Below are positions 13,311 to 24,700 of a stretch of DNA of 64,000 nucleotides, one piece after another. Source of the stretch: Eledone cirrhosa (Eukaryota); assembly GCA_964016885.1 (NCBI GenBank), contig OZ024741.1, positions 343,480,001-343,544,000 of the forward strand. The letters are read 5' to 3'. Position 1 is the first letter of the stretch. Each line of letters opens with the position of its first letter. The notes below the pieces were generated by a model that worked only from the letters and a program-made list of their open reading frames with translations, did not search any database and was not told where the DNA came from. A program made the translations under genes and the position numbers.

Positions 13311-13727
13311 AGTTATTCCTTCTAATATTTGTTTATGTAAACACATTTCACTATATTTGTGTCTATATGACAATCAACACGGATATACAACAATCACTAA
13401 CCACCAAACCAGTTAAGAGATTGTGAAACATATCACATTCTTAATACAGAAAGCATACACAGCACTATTTGCAAGTAGAAAAGAGCAGCTGATTGGACTG
13501 TAAACGTTTATTGTTTTCATTTCAAGAAATATCTAATCTCCATAATACGTCATTCATTTAGCAATATCAGGAGCGTTTATTAATGTCCCGCATGTGCTGC
13601 ACATTAATGAAGTAGTGATATTTATTAACAATATGTTTGAAAGAAAAGCACTTCACAAAATATACATACATATATACATACATACATACATACATACATA
13701 CATACATACCTACATACATACATACAT

Positions 13728-16700
13728 CACAGTCAACGTAATCAGTCGCATATTTTGGCGTGGGAGACTATTTATTAAATTTAAGATGAATACTATCTCC
13801 GACACAACTACAGCCACAACTACAGCCATGTTGAATAACTGGTTATTCTTCTAACTATATCTTCTGAAGACACCTTTTATTCGAATTCCTAGAGATATCC
13901 GACTAAATACATAATTCATTTTACAAGGATTTGCTACAAACATCATGGCTAAACACAACATCAACAACAAACTTAAGGAAGTATTGAAGACAAACAACAA
14001 GAAAAGTAAACAAACTATATTCAGTTGTAGCTACAGAAGAAACCGAAATTATGAATCGTATTTCTCTTGGAGTTGCGAACTTAATAATGATTTATTTAAT
14101 TGTTATAAAATGGCAAAAAATAATCCATCCATTGGCTATATGAACAGAATGAAGCTACATTGGGACGAAATGCACCCAGAGCTGAATTATTTCACAGCGA
14201 AACGATTACGCCAACAAGCGACGTTTGTTGAACGTAAAAATAAGATAAATATTATTAATTATAAGTCTCCCACAACAAACATGGGATCACAACACGTGCT
14301 ACAGGTCGCCATGGTACTAGACTTCCTAGCAGCCAGGTCGAACAACGCCTTGAAACAACTATGCCTGTAAGAAACTTGACACCACCTGTACCATCTAAGT
14401 CTACCTCGAATGCTGGGGAAAACACTATCGATGATAATATTAATCGAAGAAATAATAATAATAATCGAAGAAATGTGACACCACGTGTACCATCCGCGTT
14501 TACCTCGAATGTTGTTGAAAATACTATCGATAATGATATTAATCAAAAGTATAAACAATTGAAAATTTCCCTCAACGAAATCTTCCAGAGAGAAATTAAT
14601 TCACGTATAAATATCTCTCTTGCTGAACGTGTTAAAACGAAAATATTTAATAAAAAACCAAATAATGAAATATTACGTGTTATTGGCGAAATAGTGGGTG
14701 AATATTTACGACGGATAAAAACCCCAACATTTTGGCAAATCAACGCCTGTTTATATGCCTTAGCCACGACAGTAAAGCATTATCTTGGTGATAGCAGAGA
14801 TATTAACAAGAACAAAAAACCACCAAAAATACCATCACATATAACTAAAATAGAAAAAAAGATTGTTGACCTACGAAAAACCATAGGATATGTGACAATG
14901 CTCCTTACATGCAAACAAACAAACAAAAAAACTTCACTCCTCACCAACAAACAGTGAAAAATAAAATAGAGACGATGTTTGGTAACAGTAGAACCAGAAC
15001 TCTTCAATATAAGCTGATCACCCTCAAACAAGAATTGAGAGCTGTTAGCGAAAAACGCCGATACCTGAAGAAGGTAGATGAGAGAAAAGTGCTTAATAAG
15101 AGATTCAGACGAAACCAAACATCAGTCTATATAGATATGAAGAACAAAATAATAAGTGTCACTGAGTGCCCATCCCAGAAAGACATAGATTCCTTTTGAA
15201 GTAGAATATGGGGTGAAAAGAAGAATTTCAACCAAGATGCAGTGTGGCTTAAAGAAATCCGAAAGAACTATTGCTCCTATACTACAACAAAAACATACGA
15301 AATAAGTGAGGGTACCCTTGAGACTGTGATAGGAAAACTCCAAGATATAAGAAAACACCAGGAAGAGACTTGATTGTCGGCTACTGGTACAAAAAACTGA
15401 TATTCTATCGGAGGTATCTTACTGACCTCTACCAACAAGTTCTTAAGGGAGATACACTTATACCAGAATGGTTCACATTAGCACAAACATTACTGGTCCC
15501 CAAGAACAAAGACACCCACTTGGAAAAAAACTACCGACCCATTGCATGTCAGAACCTGATGTATAAGATGTATTCAGCCTGCCTGAACCTATTCTTCCAA
15601 GATCACTGTGAAAATAATAACATCATCACAGATGAAAAATCAGCTGGAAAGAAAGGGTTTGGGACTGTGCTGAACAACTCCTGGTCAACAAAACTGCGAT
15701 GTCGGAGGTGCGACAACTTAGAAGGAATATGGCTACAGTCTGACTGGACTACAGGAAAGCTTTCGATTCTGTTCCCCACACTTGGATGATCGAGGCCCTC
15801 CTACTTGCTAAAGTCCCAGACATTATTGTCAGAGCCATAGAGAAGCTGTCTTCCTCTTGGGCTACTATCCTCCGGTTAAAGACAGAGAGGGAGGACTCTA
15901 TTTTCACTGATAAAATAAAATATTGCAGGGGAATATTTCAGAGGGACAGTCTCTCTGTGATATTATTCATCTTGTCGTTAAACCCCTTGTCCTTTCTGCT
16001 CAAGAAATGTGAGGGATACATCATTGGCTCACAGGAGGACAGAAATACGTACCTAACCCATGATTTCTTTGTGGGCGATCTGAAACTCCATGCCAAGAAC
16101 ATGGATGGGATGAAGAAAAATCTTGACCTGGTTACAACGTTCTCAAAAGATATAGGAATGGAGTTTGGCCAAGATAAATGCTCATACATGACTGAAAAGC
16201 GGGGAAAAACAACAACCCAATCTAACAACATTGTCATCAATGGCCTAACTGTTTCACCGATATCTTATGAGGACTGCTACAGATACTTGGGGATAGATGA
16301 GAACATATCCTATAATGGTATCTGTAATAAAGAACGCGTAACCAGGGAATACAACACCCGATTAAGAAAGATCGGGTCATCGGAACTCACTGCGCAAAAC
16401 AAAACAGTGGCTCACAATGTGTTTGCTGTGCCTGTCCTAACACCAACGTTTGGAATACTCAATTGGACGATAGACGAAATTCGCGCAGTTGATATGGGAA
16501 CTCGAAAAATACTAAACAACACCGGAAACTTCCACATCAACAGTGACATAGACCGCCTTTACTTGATACGTAAGCAGGGAGGCAGTGGCCGAACCTCAGT
16601 CCAGACAAGATTTGAATGTCGCATCATATCTCTCCGACAACATCTACGAACCTCGAAGCGTAGGAGCCCGTTTCTCGAGCAAGTCTATCTGCATGAAACA

Positions 16701-17866
16701 GATAAGATCATGAGAGTTGGGAAGGACCTCTTCGAGAGATATTCCCTGCATGATAATAAAAAAATCACACCCAGGGAAGTCGCTCAGCAGTATCGCAGTG
16801 AATCCATGGATTAAAAACTGCATGGTTATCGGCAAAAAATCATGCATGGATATGTTGCCAAGAAGCTCCAGAGTGAGAGTAATATAGATAAGGAAAGTAG
16901 TCTATCTTGGACCAACAACCGCTATATTGGCTCCCACTTTCAAGGATACGCTTTTGCAATCCAAGAACAGGAGATTAACACGAAATACCTGATTCACAAA
17001 AGAGATAGGGATGCAGACAAAACACCTAGATGTGATAACAAGTGCAGACTCTGCAGAAATAATATCGAGATCACCCATGTCATCAGCAGCTGTCCAAAGA
17101 TGTCATCGCCGTACTATCTACCTATGAGGCATGATGTAGTGGCCAAAATACTGTACAATGCAGTCCGTAAAAAAGATAGCCCCGATAATAAACACATTAA
17201 AAGCTACAACAATGTGGAAGACATCCACATACATAGTATGAAAGAGTACTGGTGTAATGTTCCAGTAAAAACCCCAATAAAATGCAGGCTGAACAGACCA
17301 GATATGATGATATGGGACAGGGAGAAGAAAGCATGCAGAGTAGTGGAAATTAGCTGCCCAGCAGATGCCAATATAATATCAAAGATTAGCGAAAAGGAGA
17401 ATATTTACGCAGAACTGATGAGAAATCTGCAGATACTCCACCCTGATTACACCTTCAGATTTATGCCTGTGATAATTGATGGCACTGGGGTATGTTAGTA
17501 ACTGCCTCAATACAAATCTTGAGAAGCTAGGCTTCACAGGAACAGAAAGAACACCACTAGTTAGGAAATTACAAGTACAATCCATTAATGGAACAGTAAA
17601 AATATATAAAACATTCCAAAAATGTTGTATCTAATAACTGCATATACACATGTACAGATACAAAGCATATATACAGATTCATACATACAACTCAAAACAT
17701 ACACATCCACACGTACAATAACATCCATAATACACATGCATGCATACATACATTATCTACCTAGTTGATGTTGTGTAAATTCCAATGAGAGAGTCTTGTG
17801 TCTATGTTAGAAACCGACTCTCTCTCTATTGAGAAAAAAATTGTGAAATTATAAAACCAGAAGAAC
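13728..17866 (+). mobile_element. Near full-length R4/Dong-clade LINE (RT, CCHC knuckle, RLE), frameshifted
   Basis: NYRPIAC, GIFQRDSLS..LF, FVGDLKL, CRLC..ITHVISSC, RHD and RPDMMI..VVEISCP motifs. Flanked by (CATA)n on both sides. Confidence 0.92.
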
Positions 17867-18015
17867 ATACATACATACATAATGGCTGCAAACTCTGCTA
17901 AGGGTATTGCAATCGCTTGTCAGATTACAGAAACTGGTGCACTTTTAGGCGACGGCCAGCCACACGAACCTGTAACAGATCCTGAACAAGCAATGCCTGT
18001 GCTTTGAAGGTTTGT

Positions 18016-18047
<32 letters not shown>

Positions 18048-18072
18048 CATACATACATACAACCATACATAC

Positions 18073-18527
18073 ATGGTGGTGGCTGCCAACTCGTTTTCAA
18101 GTACGGTCACTACTTTATATCCATGTAGGAGAACCCCTTACGATGCGCTGAACGAGTGTGACTTTTTAGTCCAGCCAGCGACTTGAAAACTCTGGTACAA
18201 ACACTACACCTGTGACAATTATTGACACATAGTGCCGGGCCCATGGTACCATGTGACGACAAGTGCAGAGAGATCTCCAGATACAAAGCAATGCCTGTGC
18301 CGTGAAGCTTTTATAGTGAGCAAAGGCACTGCACAAAGCCAGTCCCACTCTCTTAACCAAGATGATATTTACCAAAAAGAAGAACAAGTCAACATTATTG
18401 GATACCATCAGGGTTGCAGGTGTTATATCAGAGTTTTCCTTCTCCTAGAATTCTGCCTTGACAAAGGCTAAGGGGTCATCTCTCCCGCTGATTTTGGATG
18501 GCCATTGACTCTTAAGAGCTCCTTTGA
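18073..18527 (-). mobile_element. Bipartite non-autonomous RTE-derived element, 5'-truncated
   Basis: Minus strand has the RTE-like 5' UTR motif ggagaaggaaaactctgat joined to a C2H2 finger remnant ([22 protein letters not shown]) and an (ATGT)n tail. Confidence 0.7.
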
Positions 18528-18590
18528 TACATACATACATACATACATACATACATACATACATACATACATACATACATACATACATAC

Positions 18591-19168
18591 ATGGTGGCTG
18601 CCAACTCGTTTTCGAGTACGGCCACTACTTTATATCCATGTAGGAGATCCCCTACCGATACGCTGAACGAGTGGGACTTCTTAGTCCAGCCAGAGACTTG
18701 AAAACTCTGGTACAAACACTACACTTGTGACAATTATTGACACATAGTGTTGGGCCATGGTACCATGTGACGACAAGTGCAGAGAGATCTCCAGATATAA
18801 AGCAATGCCTGTGCCGTGAAGCTTTTATAGTGAGCAAAGGGACTGCACAAAGCCAGTCCCACTCTCTTAACCAAGATGATATTTACCAAAAAGAAGAACA
18901 AGTCAACAGTATTGGATACCATCAGGGTTGCAGGTATTATATCAGAGTTTTCCTTCTCCTAGAATTCTGCCTTGACAAAGGCTAAGGGCTCATCTCTCCC
19001 GGTGATTTTGGATGGCCATTGACTCTTAAGAGCTCCTTTGGCCTTTGACAGGTTTTGTTTTTAGTCCTGCAGGATGTCCAAAGTCACCCCCCTCACTGAT
19101 AAACCTTGGTGGGGTTGCCAGCTTAGTCGCCAACGACCCGACCATGAGACAGGTTGTACTGGGATATA
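18591..19168 (-). mobile_element. Bipartite non-autonomous RTE-derived element, longest copy
   Basis: Close homolog of 18073-18527 with ~130 bp more 5' sequence. Bounded by (CATA)n. Confidence 0.72.
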
Positions 19169-19266
19169 TTCATACATACATACATACATACATACATACA
19201 TACATACATACATACATACAAATACATACATACATACATATATACATACATACATACATACATATA

Positions 19267-19666
19267 AAGATCAGTGAAAAGGAGAACATTTGTACTAAAA
19301 TGAGGAATTTGCAGATACTCCACCCTGACTATACCTTTAGATTTATACGTGTAATCATCGGGATCTTGGATATATTACCAACTACCTCAGTACAAATATT
19401 TAGTAGGTGGGTTTCACAGAACCAGAAAGAGTTCAACTAGTTAGGCAGCTGCAAGTACAATCCATTAATGGAACTGTAAAAATATGTAAGACACGTGTAC
19501 CCATATAACTCAAAATATACAGAACCAAACATACAATGATACCCACATCTGACGTACATACGTATTTACCTAGTAGATGTTGTCTAAATACAAATGAAAG
19601 AGTCTTGTGTCCATGTCTCTCACTCTATTGGTGAAAATATATAAAATAATAAAACCAGAAGAACAT
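19267..19666 (+). mobile_element. R4/Dong LINE 3' fragment
   Basis: KISEKENI..MRNLQILHPDYTFRF and the same 3' end (ataaaaccagaagaa) as the 17866 copy. Confidence 0.88.
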
Positions 19667-19689
19667 GCATAAATAAATATAAAAGCCTA

Positions 19690-20007
19690 AAAAATCCCTT
19701 TGTTCACTCTGACCATGGGTTTTGATCCGAGAAAGTTCTCCTCCTAGGTACAAGCCTCAGCAAACTATTGTGGAAGACCAGCCGTCACCCATGCATAACA
19801 GTCTCCTCTCTCCTCACCACTAATGTTGTCCAAGGAAAAGACTAAAGCCAATACAGTTTGGTACCATTGACGTCATAAAACATTTTTACTGCTGAGTGAA
19901 CTGGAGCAATGTACCTAGCGCAAGGACACAACAGGCCTCCCTGCCAGGAATCGAGCTTACAACCTCTCAATTGTGAAACCAACTCTCTACCCAATAAGGC
20001 ATGCGCC
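19690..20007 (-). mobile_element. tRNA-derived SINE family B
   Basis: Minus-strand start ggcgcatg, B-box-like gctcgattcc, core tgtgtcctt..ttgctccagttcactcagc. Homolog at 44979. Confidence 0.75.
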
Positions 20008-20082
20008 GTCACAACACACAGATTTATAAATGGAAAAAATGAATACATTGTATACATATATGTATACATATATGTATGTACC

Positions 20083-20570
20083 TATACATACTTATATTTA
20101 AGTATCAGCCGTACTAAGAATAAAAAAATGAAATTTCATTTTTTTCCATTTATTGTTTTCGGTAAGCCCGGCCGACTAACTCACTCGATATGCAAATTAG
20201 GCTGCTCAGCCGTTAATATGCATAAGGAAAGTATATACATTCAAACGTTCAATCAACTGACAGGAAGGTATACGGTGCTGATGACAGCTAATAAGCTAGA
20301 AACTAGTTCATCGTTCCTTTATCAGTGTTGAACAGAATGGCAACGATGGTTGCCGAACACTGTACGGCTAATAATTCGGGCTGTTTGTTTACAAACAAAC
20401 CGAGCATTATAATAAATGTTCGGTAAACCCATACGTCCATATATATATGTGTGCATGTATGTATGTATATACACACTCCTGTACGTCTGTATACATATAT
20501 GCATGTACGTATACATACTTATATTTAAGTATCAGCCGTACTAAGAGTGAGAAATGAAATTTCATTTTTT
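20083..20570 (+). mobile_element. Octamer+HHR element: 427-bp unit plus a terminal direct repeat
   Basis: agtatcagccgtactaaga at both 20101 and 20528. ATGCAAAT at 20190. HHR at 20273-20313. Confidence 0.75.
20273..20313 (+). ncRNA. Minimal type-I hammerhead ribozyme
   Basis: CGGTG-CTGATGA-cAGCT(aata)AGCTa-GAAA-CTAG-TT-CATCG. Confidence 0.85.
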
Positions 20571-20586
20571 TTATTTATATATATAT

Positions 20587-21795
20587 AGTATTTTGCAATA
20601 CACTTTATGCTTAATTAAAAGCATTTTGAAGACCGTATGCTATTGTTTTAGAGTAGTGACAAATTCACTTACTTTAATCTCAGCAAACAGGGGAGATAAG
20701 CCGACAAGGGCTTTGTTTCGCTTTTGTTGAAGCTTATCAAGGCTGACTACTCCTCCTGTCTACTGAGATTACTGATGTTATATTCTTATAGAATTCTTGT
20801 AAATAATCAGGAGCTGATTATACAGAGCGATTGTTGGTCAGGCAGAAATTAAAAATTAGAATTGGAGCTCTGAAATAGCAATATATATATGGATGTATAT
20901 ATAATGTATTTTGCAATACATTTTATGCTTAATTAAAAGCATTTTGAAGACCGTATGCTATTGTTTTAGAGTAGTGACAAATTCACTTACTTTAATCTCA
21001 GCAAACAGGGGAGATAAGCCGACAAGGGCCTTGTTTCGCTTTTGTTGAAGCTTATCAAGGCTAACTACCCCTCCTGTCTACTGAGATTACTGATGTTATA
21101 TTCTTATAGAATTCTAGTAAATAATCAGGAGCTGATTATACAGAGCGATTGTTGGTCAGGCAGAAATTGAAAATTAGAATTGGTGCTCTGAAATAGCAAT
21201 ATATATATGGATGTATATATAATCTATTTTGCAATACACTTTATGCTATAAGAATATAACATCAGTAATCTCAGTAGACAGGAGGGGTAGTTAGCCTTGA
21301 TAAGCTTCAACAAAAGCGAAACAGGGCCCTTGTCGGCTTATCTCCCCTGTTTGCTGAGATTAAAGTAAGTGAATTTGTCACTACTCTACAACAATAGCAT
21401 ACGGTCTTCAAAATGCTTTTAATTAAGCATAAAGTGTATTGCAAAATACATTATATATACATCCATATATATATTGCTATTTCAGAGCTCCAATTCTAAT
21501 TTTTAATTTCTGCCTGACCAACAATCGCTCTGTATAATCAGCTCCTGATTATTTACTAGAATTCTATAAGAATATAACATCAGTAATCTCAGTAGACAGG
21601 AGGGGTAGTTAGCCTTGATAAGCTTCAACAAAAGCGAAACAAGGCCCTTGTCGGCTTATCTCCCCTGTTTGCTGAGATTAAAGTAAGTGAATTTGTCACT
21701 ACTCTAAAACAATAGCATCTGGTCTTCAAAATGCTTTTAATTAAGCATAAAGTGTATTGCAAAATACATTATATATACATCCATATATATATTGC
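20587..21795. mobile_element. Head-to-head array of 318-bp HHR-bearing units (retrozyme-like), ~2 minus and ~1.7 plus
   Basis: Period 318 (ttttgcaata at 20591, 20909, 21227). Polarity switches at ~21246. HHR: AGCC-TTGATAA-GCTT(caacaa)AAGC-GAAA-CAAGGCCCTTG-TC-GGCT, with a one-base stem III variant at 21293-21338. Confidence 0.85.
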
Positions 21796-24700
21796 GGTTT
21801 CGCAGTTCTTCTGCTTTTCCAAAATAGAATTGAGATGGAGCGTTTTTGGTTTATCTCACATCTGGTTGGTCTTTGAATGTTACTTCTGTTTTATATAGAA
21901 AAAAGTGGCTCGAAATGCCAGGTTTTTAGAGAAGTAATTTGGCTGGTTGGTGAATAAGTATAGTAAATTTCGCGCCAGTGCGCATTACAAAGTTCTTATT
22001 GTATTTTCCTTCAAACAAGGGGAGGGGGGGGGGGGGGCTAACGTTGTTTTTTCATATATGAGTGAATTTGGTTGGTTGATGCAGTCACGGGAATAAACAC
22101 ATCAGTTTTCTCGCCAGTTTGTGTTTGAATTTCTTTTTACTTAAAAAAAAGGTGGCTCAAGAAGGCTTTTTTTTTATAATGTAATTTGATTGGTTATAAA
22201 TGAAATTATGACTGTCCCGTGAACAAGTACATTCAATTTCGCGCCCGTATTTGGGAATTTATTTTGTAGCCCTTTAGAGAATTTTGTGCCAACCAAAAGA
22301 TAATGGTCAAGAAAAATGGGATGGGGAGAATTGTTCTGGTTCAGTGAATATGGGTGGTGCGCTGGGGTGTCAAAATACACACTTTCTATTGAAGTGAAGA
22401 AAGCAGAGATATGTATGTTTATTTGTGTGCTTGTGTGTGTTTGTGTGTGTGTGTCTGTGTGTAGGAAGATGATTCTATTAGTAGAAATGGGGGAGGGAGT
22501 TGTGTGTGTGTGTTGGTGTTATGTGTGTGTGTATATGTGTGTGGGAGTATGGTTAGCATGTTAAGATGGAGAGAATATATATATGTTGTGTGTGTGTGTG
22601 TTTAGGAAAATGATTCTATTAGTAGAAATGGAAAGGGAGTTATGTGTGTTTTTTTTTGGGGGGGGGGGTAGCATGTTAAGGTGTTTGAGTATTAGCGTAT
22701 GTTAAGGTTTATTTAGTTCTGGTTTTTATTTTCTAAAGTAGAAGGTGTTATGTGTGTATGTATGTGTCTGTTTGGATAGTTAGAATGTTAGGGTGTTGAC
22801 ATAATGTATATTAAACTAAGTTTAATGCTGGTCTATATTTTCGAATAAACGTATTTTCCTTATTTATTCGTATTTGTAATGTTGTATTGTCAGCGCAAAG
22901 ATAAAATGGGAAGACTTGGAATTTGGGTGTCTTATTACTTGCGCATATGTCTAGATGCGCACTTAGTGGTATCTGTCTCGTGGTTGCATCTCGTAAGTGT
23001 TGGCGATGAACTGTCATTCTGTTTCTGAGTGTGAGTTTAGTTTGTCCTATATAATCTTCATTGCATCCTTTACATTTAATGGCATAAAGTTGATTTTTTG
23101 ATGAGCAAGTGAAGTGATTTTTTACAGCAAAATTTTGTCCTGGTTGAAATGTATACGTTTTGCCTTCAATGAGGTGAGTGCAAGTTCCACAATTAGAGCG
23201 ACCACATTTTTAGACAGTTGGTTGTGTGTTTGTGGTAGCTAATTTGGCATTGGTGAGTAATGTTTTTAGTGATTTCGGTTGTCTTTTGTTTTTGATTATT
23301 TTGTGTTTCAAGGGTTTTCTTTCATTCTTGGGTTTTGTTTCAATAGTGGGATGTTCTTGTGAATAGTGTTGTAAGCTTCCGCATTTCTTGGGTTGTGTGT
23401 TGAGATATATGATAGAATATTGGACGTAACTTGAATTTGTTTGTTTTCGTAATTCCTCAATGCCCTTTCTATTCCATTATTTATTAGTAATGGTGGGTAC
23501 TGTCTTTCGAGTAGAATTTCCTTTAATTCCTGAAGTCTTTTATTTCGCGTTTCATAATTGGAGACAATTGTGCAAATTCTTCTTGCTAGGTTAAAAGGGG
23601 TGTTCGTCTTCGTATGCTTTGGATGTTTGGAGGTGAATAGCAGGTAATGTTTGGAATCTGTTGGTTCTTAGTGTATGTCAGTTTCAATATTTGTGTCTTT
23701 TTTTAAGATTAAGATGTCCAGAAATAGGAGTTGATCTTGGCTGTATTCCTTTGTGAATTGGATGTGGTTATTGATGCCGTTAATTAAACTTTTGAAATCA
23801 TTTAGTTGGTCGAGTGTGTGAGACCAAAGAATGAGACAATCATCCAAGTAGCGTTTCCAATTCTCTGATAAATATTTGTGGAAGTTCAATCCGTATTTTG
23901 ATTTGGACGGTTCATATATCTGAACTTCTAAGTATGTCATGACTAAATTGGCATAAGTTGGAACGGCTTTTGTACCCATCGCAGTCCCCGATATTTGCTT
24001 GTATGTACTGCCATCGAAATCAAAAAAGTTGTTCTGTAAAATAAATTTTAAACCCTCGGTGATGAAGCTTTTTTCTATTCTGTCAGGTATCTCATTGGGA
24101 TATATCTCTAGCCAGAATCCTATTGCTTCTTGTCCGTATTGGTGTGGAGTCGTTGTGTAGAGATTCACTACATCGATATTACACAATAATAGTCTCGTTG
24201 TTGACATGTTTGGGGAGGTGGTTTAAGAGGTCCAGATCGTCTCTTACAAGGCTTGGTATGTGTTTGAGAATTGGTTTTAGTAGTATGTCTATAAAGTTGC
24301 TTAGTCTGTGTGTTTCACATTGTAGGCCCGCTACAATTGGTCTTAATTTAAGGTCTGTGGGGGTATTGTGTGTTCAGGCAGGTTAAGGTGGATTGTTTAC
24401 AGGCATTGTTAATTATTTCACACTTGTGGATCTTCGGAAGTCCATAAAGGTTGCTGGTTTTGTATTAAAAAGTGTTAAATAATCGTGTTCCTTTTTAGTT
24501 AACTCTTCCTCGTATCGACAAATGAATGTGTTTAATCTGGTCATCGTTTTTGATTGCTCGTAGTTTTTTACACTTTCATAGTAGTTAATATTTTGTAAGA
24601 GAGAGAACATAGAATTTTTATATTGTTCAGCATCCATAATGACGACAGTACTTCCCTTGTCGGCTTCCTTAATTATAATTTCCGTATTGTTTTTTAGTTC

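Noticed and set aside
19110-19168. HDV-like ribozyme at the 5' end of the bipartite RTE element (GACUAA J4/2-like, ACC/GGU P3-like)
   Set aside because: I could not find a P1 5' strand or a correctly placed P2, so the fold is incomplete.
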